Source: Leidyana gryllorum EB-2025a
Lineage: Eukaryota > Protista > Apicomplexa
NCBI GenBank assembly: GCA_048772705.1
Contig: JBLWGC010000075.1
Location: 1 to 49,599 of the forward strand
Length of the DNA stretch: 49,599 nt
Direction: 5' to 3'
Shown one piece after another: positions 36,568 through 48,700 of this stretch. The notes beneath the pieces are model-generated. The model worked only from the letters and a program-made list of their open reading frames with translations. It was not told the DNA's origin and made no database searches. Within the stretch, counting starts at the first letter, position 1; every line of letters starts with the position of its first letter. Made by a program: the position numbers and the translations under genes.

Positions 36568-38457
36568 TCAGTCTTCCCCCCCGTCTTCATCGTCGTCATC
36601 ACTGTCGATGCCGTCGCTTTCGCCGTCGTCGAACTCTTCTACGCGAGCGAGGAAAGCGTCGACCTCGTCACTGGCTGTGAATGTTAGTTCCTGCTTCTCG
36701 AGCATCAACTCTAACTGCTTCTCATCTTCTGGAGTCAGAGTCAAATAGACAGTGGCGGCTGCTTCCCGCACTTTGTCAAAGTATCCCTCGTCTGGGAACC
36801 CCAGCGACCCCCGTTTGGTTGTCTTGTGTGGGATGAGCCCCCACTCGACAGTCCGCCGGTTTCCCTCTCCCTCGACAAAGATGTACCCCTTTGGGAACAG
36901 AAGGGTGAGTTCCTTAAAGAATAATGATTCGATAAGTCTTACCATTCGAAAGGCTTTGCGCATCAGCAGTAATGTCTGAAGGCCCTCTTTATTGAAGGGA
37001 AGAAACGCACATCGAATAAGGCCATCTCGGTGCTGTCTGGGTCGTGGGAAGATTGAGTACCGAATGATTATGGTGGAGACATTCTCATAGGATCCCAAAG
37101 GACACTCCCCTACGGGAGCTTGTGTAACAGTCATTGTTCCTGCGGGGGCAGTGCCGAAGGCTCCAACTTGTTGTTGGAAGCAGTAGACACACTTTACAGT
37201 ACCATCCTTGATGCCGCCTTTACGCAACCACTCAAAGAAACATTTCTCGTGATAGTGATGTTTGCATTTGGGTAATCGAATCCACCCTCGGTCTGCAGGT
37301 GGCGTGGGAGAGGGATTTTCCTCTCCTTCATTCTCCTCGTCTTCCGCGGTACCCAAACACACCAAACAAGTAAAGTCGTCAGTGTTGTCGTCAGCAGCGT
37401 CGGGCGACGGCGGAGTATTTTCCGCTTCCTGGGATATCCGGCGCCGTTTGCGACCCTTGGGAGCCTCCACCTTTACGACGAGGCTTTTGAGCATATGGAG
37501 TAACATTGGGCTGGGCAGCTTGCGGGGTTCGTAGGAACAGGTCAAGAGCCTGCCTTGGAGGGTTTCATCTTCAACGAATTGAACACTCAAGTCTTGTAGC
37601 TGACAGGTGCGATCGGAAAAGGGCATTTTGCACGAGTCTTTGTTCACCCACATCCGCAGGCACAGACCCAAGGCGTCTTCGACTCCGCCGGAACTCGACG
37701 TGGTGGTGGTGCGTTGCGCCTCGAACTCGAGGCGACAAACAAAGCCTCCGCCGCCGCCTCCACCATCTCTGGAGCCATCAGTGGGCGCATGTCGCAATGT
37801 CTTTAAATTGTAGGTATGTCTCCCAATCAGTACGGTCGCGTCCTGTGTCTCAAAAGGTGTCATTGTTTGACCGCTCAACTCGACCAGGAGTGTGTCGGGC
37901 GACGGGGTGGTGGGTGTCATGCGGGTCCAGGCTCTTTCTAGGGACTCCGAGTCGGTTGGGCTGACCCTATGGTGGAACTGAAGAGATCCTGGGGCGTTCT
38001 GTGGCATTCGGGGTGCTCACGTTTGATAAAAGTCGGTCTGGACCTCGTAGAGCCAACAAACACATTTAATATTACCCTCAGTATCTGTGAGGGAAGTTCC
38101 CAATGTGACGAAGGGGTCGAGGAAACCTGATCGTTTACGGCTGGTGAACTCATTTATCTGTTCGATACGGTATTTGGTGACATTGGAGATGGAAGGTAAC
38201 CATTCTCGACCTCCGAGGGGAACTTCAGTGGTCAGGCGGAGAATATATGGATAGCGCCCCCATTGAAATCGCCAGGCTGCGGTTATTTTGCGGTCTTGAT
38301 TCCGAGTTGGGGCCACTTCGTTATGTTTGGCCGATATATAGCTACTGGACAATGCAAATTGCAGGAACGGATTCAGACATAAGTCTTGTCCCGATGCTTT
38401 GATACGCCAAAGACCTAAAAGTCCTGGATCAACAACCGAGGCAGGACACAGCTGCAT
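36568..38457 (-). CDS. Deltex-like E3 ubiquitin ligase (degenerate WWE-like N-terminus, RING-H2, Deltex C-terminal domain)
   Basis: The RING is CLVC...CKHHYHEKC...CVYC. The DTC domain reads GTAPAGTM...LGSYENVSTIIIRYSI...RCAFLPFNKEG...VEWGLIPHKT...GFPDEGY. A phase-2 intron at 37968-38020 joins the upstream ORF, and a 54-nt in-frame intron lies near 36889-36942. The start at ATG 38457 is tentative. Confidence 0.85.
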
Positions 38458-38468
38458 TGAGGTAAAAA

Positions 38469-39080
38469 ATGTTGCATCCCGATTTGGCCGACAATGCTTG
38501 TTTGGTTCACCTTTTGCCACTCGAGAGAGGAAGGTCCAATGCTTCAAGCGCCGGAATCGCACTACACCCTGACCTCCAAGATGACTTCACAGGTTTCTTC
38601 CCCTCAAACCCCGCCCAGCCCGGCCGACGAAGCTCGGTAGGTTGGAGTGCACAAACCAATACTGCCGGCGATCTGTCGCCCCTCAATCTCACCCGAAGCG
38701 TCACTGAATTCCGAAAGTGCCAAGGCCCCTGTGTATGTGGCTGTTGTGGCCCTCGCGCCCACCAGGCGCCGTATGCTGCTACTGTAAATACAGAAAAAGT
38801 GCTCACGGCCCTGAGAGGACTGCCAACAGAACTCCCCGTGCCCAGAATGCGATTGGAGGAACACCTCTGGGTGTACGAGACGGCCTGCAGGAACGAAAAC
38901 TGGACCTTTGAACAAATGCGATTCTACTTTAAACACACCATCCCCTCCAACTGGACGCCCGAGTTGACCTGGGAACGCATCAAAAAAGAGGCACAACGAC
39001 TGGGCCTCACGCCTGCTGAGGATTGCCCAGAGTGGGCATTGACCAAGGCGGTCTTCCTGGCACTGTATAGCTGCGAGTGA
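38469..39080 (+). CDS. Hypothetical protein with a C-terminal helical domain resembling a Ty3/gypsy Gag capsid N-lobe
   Basis: A 203-aa ORF containing LEEHLWVYETACRNENWTFEQMRFYF...W...EWALTKAVFLALYS. The Gag similarity is recognised by pattern only. Confidence 0.5.
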   Translation: MLHPDLADNACLVHLLPLERGRSNASSAGIALHPDLQDDFTGFFPSNPAQPGRRSSVGWSAQTNTAGDLSPLNLTRSVTEFRKCQGPCVCGCCGPRAHQAPYAATVNTEKVLTALRGLPTELPVPRMRLEEHLWVYETACRNENWTFEQMRFYFKHTIPSNWTPELTWERIKKEAQRLGLTPAEDCPEWALTKAVFLALYSCE

Positions 39081-39744
39081 TCCCCCGGCTCACAAGATAG
39101 AGCTACACTTTTATAGTTAACCCCCATAATATCAGGCGCAATGATCGTCTGCCTCTCAGAGAAATGTATCAGAGGTGCCACCCTAATACTCTGTCGCCGT
39201 CAAAACCGCCGTCCGTCAAAGTCTATAAACACATTAACCTCCTTCCGCTGGATTAAGGCTGCCCACAGCTCAGAGACAGAAAACTGGAGGAGCTGCTGCC
39301 ATACTGCCACCGTCAGTCAGCGTGCTCGGTGAGGTCCGGCCGCACCCGGTCAGCGAAGGGTTTAGTGTCATGGCGGAGACGAAGGGCTGTCGTGGAGGAG
39401 CTCAGAATCTGTCGGAAATCTCGGGATCAGACGATCAAAGAGATCCGGTCGGCCTGTGATCGATCCTAACACTCTCTAAATCTGGTGTCAGAAGGTTTGT
39501 AGTGTTCTGGGACACTGTTCGCACGCACTGGAGACGGGAGACAGGGAGTATTGGTTGGCTTGACAATAACTAATCACAATCCAGTGTTGGTGTTCCAGCT
39601 TCCTCTCATCTTACTTTGAGTTCTTGTCCGGCATCACTTCAAGTGTTTGCCTTTTTGGTACTTTACTCGTTCAAGCTACTACTTCACACAAGGATTTCGC
39701 GAACTCTCCATCAAGCACTTTTGTTTCGTTATTGATTCCTGGAG

Positions 39745-42700
39745 ATGTCGCCTATCCGCAACTTTTCTCCGTTCTTTTTGGTTGCTGCATACGCCCTTGG
39801 ATTGGCGCAAGCCGACACCCTAACTTCGACTCGGTCGCCGTCTCAAGCCGAGAATGATGAGGTACTTACGACCATGGCTGGTGTCCAGCACCAGGTAAAC
39901 GGTCAGCAACTTACCACTGCGCTTGGTCGCCCGTCTAAGCTTTGGGCTTTTGACCCTGTTTATGAGGAATCTGAAGGCGCTTGCAGATGTAAGCAGGTTT
40001 CATCTGAAGATTTTGCCTCGCATCATCATCTCACTATCTTTATCAAAGAAGAGGAGTGTAAACGCGCGTACGCCGATGCTCGCACTGAATGGTGTTTATT
40101 CGGTGGTCAAGGCCGTTCTGAAGCCCAACTCCAGTTTGTTCGATCACGCACGGCAAACGTCACCAACACTGATTGCCAATCCTTGTTCGACAAACTCATC
40201 AGAAATCCCTCTCTCTACCCTACTTTCATTCAGACATGCCGTATGGACTTCGAATCTCCGATAGCCATCGGTGCAGCCGAATTCTCTGTCACTGACTCTG
40301 TTGAAGATATCTCTACCCCTGATCAACCTGCCATCACTCTCCAGGATGAAGATGCTATGACTTGGGATCAAGAAACCGCTGAGGTCTATGAGCCTCGTGT
40401 ACAGCCCGCACCGGTGGCCATGTCTCTTGACAGTGGTGACTGCGAAGAACAGGTTGACGAATGCGAATGCCCAGAAGAGTGCGAGTGTGTCTGTCCTTCT
40501 GAAGAGCCGACCACCAGCACCATTGAACTTTCTTCTGGCTCTGAAGCGGAAACTCAATCCTCTACTACCGTCGATATCACTCAGGAGACCGAATCCGAAC
40601 TCTCTTCCACCTCAATTCTCCTCACGGCTGAGACCCAACCTACCGACTCCGTTTCTGAGATCTCCGAGACTACTACAACGCTTGCGATCACGTCTGAAAT
40701 TGCCGAGACGTCCACCGTCACCACCCCGTCTTCTGTGGAGCCGACCGTCACTCTTGTTGGATCAACCGAGACCACTTTCTCCATGACTCGCCAACCAACT
40801 GCCTCTGTAAGCACGACGACCGCCCCGTCTTCCACTTCCGTTGAGTCCACCGTTGCTGCAACTACTGCTACCGGCGAGCCTGTGGGAACTGAATCTGTAA
40901 TTGTACCACCCACTTCCTCCGAATCCACATCTGCTCCGACAGAGTTGATTGACACCACTGTCAGTCTGACAACTCCTGGTGAGCCCACTGTGTCGACAAC
41001 CAGTATCTCCACTGTCGAGCTTACTGAGTCTACTGCCAGCCCGACTACTCCGCTTGAACCCACTGAGTCTACTGTCAGCCCGGCCACTCCGGTTGAGCCC
41101 ACTGAGTCTACTGTCAGCCCGACCACTCCGGTTGAGCCCACTGAGTCTACTGTCAGCCCGACCACTCCGGTTGAGCCCACTGAGTCTACTGCCAGCCCGA
41201 CCACTCCGGTTGAGCCCACTGAGTCTACTGTCAGCCCGACCACTCCGGTTGAGCCCACTGAGTCTACTGTCAGCCCGACTACTCCGGTTGAGCCCACTGA
41301 GTCTACTGCCAGCCCGACCACTCCGGTTGAGCCCACTGAGTCTACTGCCAGCCCGACCACTCCGGTTGAACCCACTGAGTCTACTGCCAGCCCGACCACT
41401 CCGGTTGAGCCCACTGAGTCTACTGTCAGCCCGACCACTCCGGTTGAGCCCACTGAGTCTACTGCCAGCCCGACCACTCCGGTTGAGCCCACTGAGTCTA
41501 CTGCCAGCCCGACCACTCCGGTTGAGCCCACTGAGTCTACTGCCAGCCCGACCACTCCGGTTGAGCCCACTGAGTCTACTGTCAGCCCGACCACTCCGGT
41601 TGAGCCCACTGAGTCTACTGCCAGCCCGACCACTCCGGTTGAGCCCACTGAGTCTACTGTCAGCCCGACCACTCCGGTTGAGCCCACTGAGTCTACTGTC
41701 AGCCCGACCACTCCGGTTGAGCCCACTGAGTCTACTGTCAGCCCGACCACTCCGGTTGAGCCCACTGAGTCTACTGTCAGCCCGACCACTCCGGTTGAGC
41801 CCACTGAGTCTACTGTCAGCCCGACTACTCCGGTTGAGCCCACTGAGTCTACTGCCAGCCCGACCACTCCGGTTGAGCCCACTGAGTCTACTGTCAGCCC
41901 GACTACTCCGGTTGAGCCCACTGAGTCTACTGCTACCGGCGAACCAGTCGGAACTGAAACTGTCATCGTTGAGCCTACCACTGCTGAGTCTACTGCCAGC
42001 CCGACCACTCCGGTTGAGCCCACTGAGTCTACTGCCAGCCCGACCACTCCGGTTGAGCCCACTGAGTCTACTGTCAGCCCGACCACTCCGGTTGAGCCCA
42101 CTGAGTCTACTGCCAGCCCGACCACTCCGGTTGAGCCCACTGAGTCTACTGTCAGCCCGACCACTCCGGTTGAGCCCACTGAGTCTACTGCCAGCCCGAC
42201 CACTCCGGTTGAGCCCACTGAGTCTACTGCCAGCCCGACTACTCCGGTTGAGCCCACTGAGTCTACTGCCAGCCCGACCACTCCGGTTGAGCCCACTGAG
42301 TCTACTGTCAGCCCGACCACTCCGGTTGAGCCCACTGAGTCTACTGCTACCGGCGAGCCAGTCGGAACTGAAACTGTCATCGTTGAGCCTACCACTGCTG
42401 AGTCTACTGCCAGCCCGACCACTCCGGTTGAACCCACTGAGTCTACTGTCAGCCCGACCACTCCGGTTGAGCCCACTGAGTCTACTGTCAGCCCGACCAC
42501 TCCGGTTGAGCCCACTGAGTCTACTGTCAGCCCGACCACTCCGGTTGAGCCCACTGAGTCTACTGCCAGCCCGACCACTCCGGTTGAGCCCACTGAGTCT
42601 ACTGCCAGCCCGACCACTCCGGTTGAGCCCACTGAGTCTACTGCCAGCCCGACTACTCCGGTTGAGCCCACTGAGTCTACTGCCAGCCCGACCACTCCGG

Positions 42701-45700
42701 TTGAGCCCACTGAGTCTACTGCCAGCCCGACCACTCCGGTTGAACCCACTGAGTCTACTGCCAGCCCGACTACTCCGGTTGAGCCCACTGAGTCTACTGC
42801 CAGCCCGACTACTCCGGTTGAGCCCACTGAGTCTACTGCCAGCCCGACTACTCCGGTTGAGCCCACTGAGTCTACTGCTACCGGCGAGCCAGTCGGAACT
42901 GAAACTGTCATCGTTGAGCCTACCACTGCTGAGTCTACTGCCAGCCCGACCACTCCGGTTGAACCCACTGAGTCTACTGTCAGCCCGACCACTCCGGTTG
43001 AGCCCACTGTGACCTATGTTGGTACCACGGAGACCACCTCGAGTGAAACTCGCCAACCGACCCGGTCGATCACTGCCACCACCACTACTCCGGTTGAGCC
43101 CACTGAGTCTACTGCCAGCCCGACTACTCCGGTTGAGCCCACTGAGTCTACTGCCAGCCCGACTACTCCGGTTGAGCCCACTGAGTCTACTGCCAGCCCG
43201 ACTACTCCGGTTGAGCCCACTGAGTCTACTGCCAGCCCGACCACTCCGGTTGAGCCCACTGAGTCTACTGTCAGCCCGACCACTCCGGTTGAGCCCACTG
43301 AGTCTACTGTCAGCCCGACCACTCCGGTTGAGCCCACTGAGTCTACTGTCAGCCCGACCACTCCGGTTGAGCCCACTGAGTCTACTGCCAGCCCGACTAC
43401 TCCGGTTGAGCCCACTGAGTCTACTGTCAGCCCGACTACTCCGGTTGAGCCCACTGAGTCTACTGTCAGCCCGACTACTCCGGTTGAGCCCACTGAGTCT
43501 ACTGCCAGCCCGACCACTCCGGTTGAGCCCACTGAGTCTACTGCCAGCCCGACTACTCCGGTTGAGCCCACTGAGTCTACTGCCAGCCCGACCACTCCGG
43601 TTGAGCCCACTGAGTCTACTGCCAGCCCGACCACTCCGGTTGAGCCCACTGAGTCTACTGCCAGCCCGACCACTCCGGTTGAGCCCACTGAGTCTACTGC
43701 CAGCCCGACCACTCCGGTTGAGCCCACTGAGTCTACTGCCAGCCCGACTACTCCGGTTGAGCCCACTGAGTCTACTGCCAGCCCGACTACTCCGGTTGAG
43801 CCCACTGAGTCTACTGCCAGCCCGACTACTCCGGTTGAACCCACTGAGTCTACTGCTACCGGCGAACCAGTCGGAACTGAAACTGTCATCGTTGAGCCTA
43901 CCACTGCTGAGTCTACTGCCAGCCCGACTACTCCGGTTGAGCCCACTGAGTCTACTGCCAGCCCGACTTCTCCGGTTGAGCCTACTGTGACCTACGTTGG
44001 TACCACGGAGACCACCTCGAGTGAAACTCGCCAACCGACCCGGTCGATCACTGCCACCACCACCACTCCGGTTGAGCCCACTGAGTCTACTGCCAGCCCG
44101 ACCACTCCGGTTGAGCCCACTGAGTCTACTGCCAGCCCGACCACTCCGGTTGAGCCCACTGAGTCTACTGCCAGCCCGACCACTCCGGTTGAGCCCACTG
44201 AGTCTACTGCCAGCCCGACTACTCCGGTTGAGCCCACTGAGTCTACTGCCAGCCCGACTACTCCGGTTGAGCCCACTGAGTCTACTGCCAGCCCGACTAC
44301 TCCGGTTGAACCCACTGAGTCTACTGCCAGCCCGACTACTCCGGTTGAGCCCACTGAGTCTACTGCCAGCCCGACTACTCCGGTTGAGCCCACTGAGTCT
44401 AGCACCGTGACCCGGACTGACACTCCGGTTGAGCCCACTGAGTCTACTGCTCAGCCCGAACTGAAACTGTCATCGTTGAGCCTACCACTGCTGAGTCTAC
44501 TGCCAGCCCGACCACTCCGGTTGAGCCCACTGAGTCTACTGCCAGCCCGACCACTCCGGTTGAGCCCACTGAGTCTACTGCCAGCCCGACCACTCCGGTT
44601 GAGCCCACTGAGTCTACTGCCAGCCCGACCACTCCGGTTGAGCCCACTGAGTCTACTGCCAGCCCGACTACTCCGGTTGAGCCCACTGAGTCTACTGCCA
44701 GCCCGACTACTCCGGTTGAGCCCACTGAGTCTACTGCCAGCCCGACCACTCCGGTTGAACCCACTGAGTCTACTGCCAGCCCGACTACTCCGGTTGAGCC
44801 CACTGAGTCTACTGCTACCGGCGAACCAGTCGGAACTGAAACTGTCATCGTTGAGCCTACCACTGCTGAGTCTACTGCCAGCCCGACCACTCCGGTTGAA
44901 CCCACTGAGTCTACTGTCAGCCCGACCACTCCGGTTGAGCCTACTGTGACCTACGTTGGTACCACGGAGACCACCTCGAGTGAAACTCGCCAACCGACCC
45001 GGTCGATCACTGCCACCACCACCACTCCGGTTGAGCCCACTGAGTCTACTGCCAGCCCGACCACTCCGGTTGAGCCCACTGAGTCTACTGCCAGCCCGAC
45101 CACTCCGGTTGAGCCCACTGAGTCTACTGCCAGCCCGACTACTCCGGTTGAGCCCACTGAGTCTACTGCCAGCCCGACTACTCCGGTTGAGCCCACTGAG
45201 TCTACTGCCAGCCCGACCACTCCGGTTGAGCCCACTGAGTCTACTGCCAGCCCGACTACTCCGGTTGAGCCCACTGAGTCTACTGCCAGCCCGACTACTC
45301 CGGTTGAGCCCACTGAGTCTACTGCCAGCCCGACCACTCCGGTTGAGCCCACTGAGTCTACTGCCAGCCCGACCACTCCGGTTGAGCCCACTGAGTCTAC
45401 TGCTACCGGCGAACCAGTCGGAACTGAAACTGTCATCGTTGAGCCTACCACTGCTGAGTCTACTGCCAGCCCGACCACTCCGGTTGAGCCCACTGAGTCT
45501 ACTGCCAGCCCGACCACTCCGGTTGAGCCCACTGAGTCTACTGCCAGCCCGACTACTCCGGTTGAGCCCACTGAGTCTACTGTCAGCCCGACTACTCCGG
45601 TTGAGCCCACTGAGTCTACTGTCAGCCCGACTACTCCGGTTGAGCCCACTGAGTCTACTGCCAGCCCGACTACTCCGGTTGAGCCCACTGAGTCTACTGC

Positions 45701-48700
45701 CAGCCCGACTACTCCGGTTGAGCCCACTGAGTCTACTGCCAGCCCGACTACTCCGGTTGAGCCCACTGAGTCTACTGCCAGCCCGACTACTCCGGTTGAG
45801 CCCACTGAGTCTACTGCCAGCCCGACCACTCCGGTTGAGCCCACTGAGTCTACTGCCAGCCCGACCACTCCGGTTGAGCCCACTGAGTCTACTGTCAGCC
45901 CGACCACTCCGGTTGAGCCCACTGAGTCTACTGCTACCGGCGAACCAGTCGGAACTGAAACTGTCATCGTTGAGCCTACCACTGCTGAGTCTACTGCCAG
46001 CCCGACTACTCCGGTTGAACCCACTGAGTCTACTGCCAGCCCGACCACTCCGGTTGAGCCCACTGAGTCTACTGCCAGCCCGACTACTCCGGTTGAGCCC
46101 ACTGAGTCTACTGCCAGCCCGACTACTCCGGTTGAGCCCACTGAGTCTACTGTCAGCCCGACTACTCCGGTTGAGCCCACTGAGTCTACTGCCAGCCCGA
46201 CTACTCCGGTTGAGCCCACTGAGTCTACTGCCAGCCCGACTACTCCGGTTGAGCCCACTGAGTCTACTGCCAGCCCGACTACTCCGGTTGAACCCACTGA
46301 GTCTACTGCTACCGGCGAACCAGTCGGAACTGAAACTGTCATCGTTGAGCCTACCACTGCTGAGTCTACTGCCAGCCCGACCACTCCGGTTGAACCCACT
46401 GAGTCTACTGTCAGCCCGACTACTCCGGTTGAGCCCACTGAGTCTACTGCCAGCCCGACTACTCCGGTTGAGCCCACTGAGTCTACTGCCAGCCCGACTA
46501 CTCCGGTTGAGCCCACTGAGTCTACTGCCAGCCCGACCACTCCGGTTGAGCCCACTGAGTCTACTGTCAGCCCGACCACTCCGGTTGAGCCCACTGAGTC
46601 TACTGCTACCGGCGAGCCAGTCGGAACTGAAACTGTCATCGTTGAGCCTACCACTGCTGAGTCTACTGCCAGCCCGACCACTCCGGTTGAATCCACTGAG
46701 TCTACTGTCAGCCCGACCACTCCGGTTGAGCCCACTGAGTCTACTGCCAGCCCGACTACTCCGGTTGAGCCCACTGAGTCTACTGCCAGCCCGACTACTC
46801 CGGTTGAGCCCACTGAGTCTACTGCCAGCCCGACTACTCCGGTTGAGCCCACTGAGTCTACTGCCAGCCCGACTACTCCGGTTGAGCCCACTGAGTCTAC
46901 TGCCAGCCCGACTACTCCGGTTGAGCCCACTGAGTCTACTGTCAGCCCGACTACTCCGGTTGAGCCCACTGAGTCTACTGCCAGCCCGACTACTCCGGTT
47001 GAGCCCACTGAGTCTACTGTCAGCCCGACCACTCCGGTTGAGCCCACTGAGTCTACTGCCAGCCCGACTACTCCGGTTGAGCCCACTGAGTCTACTGCCA
47101 GCCCGACTACTCCGGTTGAGCCCACTGAGTCTACTGCCAGCCCGACTACTCCGGTTGAGCCCACTGAGTCTACTGTCAGCCCGACTACTCCGGTTGAGCC
47201 CACTGAGTCTACTGTCAGCCCGACTACTCCGGTTGAGCCCACTGAGTCTACTGCCAGCCCGACTACTCCGGTTGAGCCCACTGATCTACTGCCAGCCCGA
47301 CCACTCCGGTTGAGCCCACTGAGTCTACTGTCAGCCCGACCACTCCGGTTGAGCCCACTGAGTCTACTGCAGCCCGACCACTCCGGTTGAGCCCACTGAG
47401 TCTACTGCCAGCCCGACTACTCCGGTTGAGCCCACTGAGTCTACTGTCAGCCCGACCACTCCGGTTGAGCCCACTGAGTCTACTGCCAGCCCGACTACTC
47501 CGGTTGAGCCCACTGAGTCTACTGCCAGCCCGACTACTCCGGTTGAACCCACTGAGTCTACTGTCAGCCCGACTACTCCGGTTGAGCCCACTGAGTCTAC
47601 TGTCAGCCCGACTACTCCGGTTGAGCCCACTGAGTCTACTGTCAGCCCGACTACTCCGGTTGAGCCCACTGAGTCTACTGCCAGCCCGACTACTCCGGTT
47701 GAGCCCACTGAGTCTACTGCCAGCCCGACTACTCCGGTTGAGCCCACTGAGTCTACTGCCAGCCCGACTACTCCGGTTGAGCCCACTGAGTCTACTGTCA
47801 GCCCGACCACTCCGGTTGAGCCCACTGAGTCTACTGCTACCGGCGAGCCAGTCGGAACTGAAACTGTCATCGTTGAGCCTACCACTGCTGAGTCTACTGC
47901 CAGCCCGACCACTCCGGTTGAACCCACTGAGTCTACTGTCAGCCCGACCACTCCGGTTGAGCCCACTGAGTCTACTGTCAGCCCGACTACTCCGGTTGAG
48001 CCCACTGAGTCTACTGCCAGCCCGACTACTCCGGTTGAGCCCACTGAGTCTACTGCCAGCCCGACTACTCCGGTTGAGCCCACTGAGTCTACTGCCAGCC
48101 CGACTACTCCGGTTGAGCCCACTGAGTCTACTGCCAGCCCGACTACTCCGGTTGAGCCCACTGAGTCTACTGCCAGCCCGACTACTCCGGTTGAGCCCAC
48201 TGAGTCTACTGCTACCGGCGAGCCAGTCGGAACTGAAACTGTCATCGTTGAGCCTACCACTGCTGAGTCTACTGCCAGCCCGACCACTCCGGTTGAACCC
48301 ACTGAGTCTACTGTCAGCCCGACCACTCCGGTTGAGCCCACTGAGTCTACTGCCAGCCCGACCACTCCGGTTGAGCCCACTGAGTCTACTGCCAGCCCGA
48401 CCACTCCGGTTGAGCCCACTGAGTCTACTGCCAGCCCGACTACTCCGGTTGAGCCCACTGAGTCTACTGCCAGCCCGACTACTCCGGTTGAGCCCACTGA
48501 GTCTACTGCCAGCCCGACCACTCCGGTTGAGCCCACTGAGTCTACTGTCAGCCCGACCACTCCGGTTGAGCCCACTGAGTCTACTGCTACCGGCGAACCA
48601 GTCGGAACTGAAACTGTCATCGTTGAGCCTACCACTGCTGAGTCTACTGCCAGCCCGACCACTCCGGTTGAACCCACTGAGTCTACTGTCAGCCCGACCA

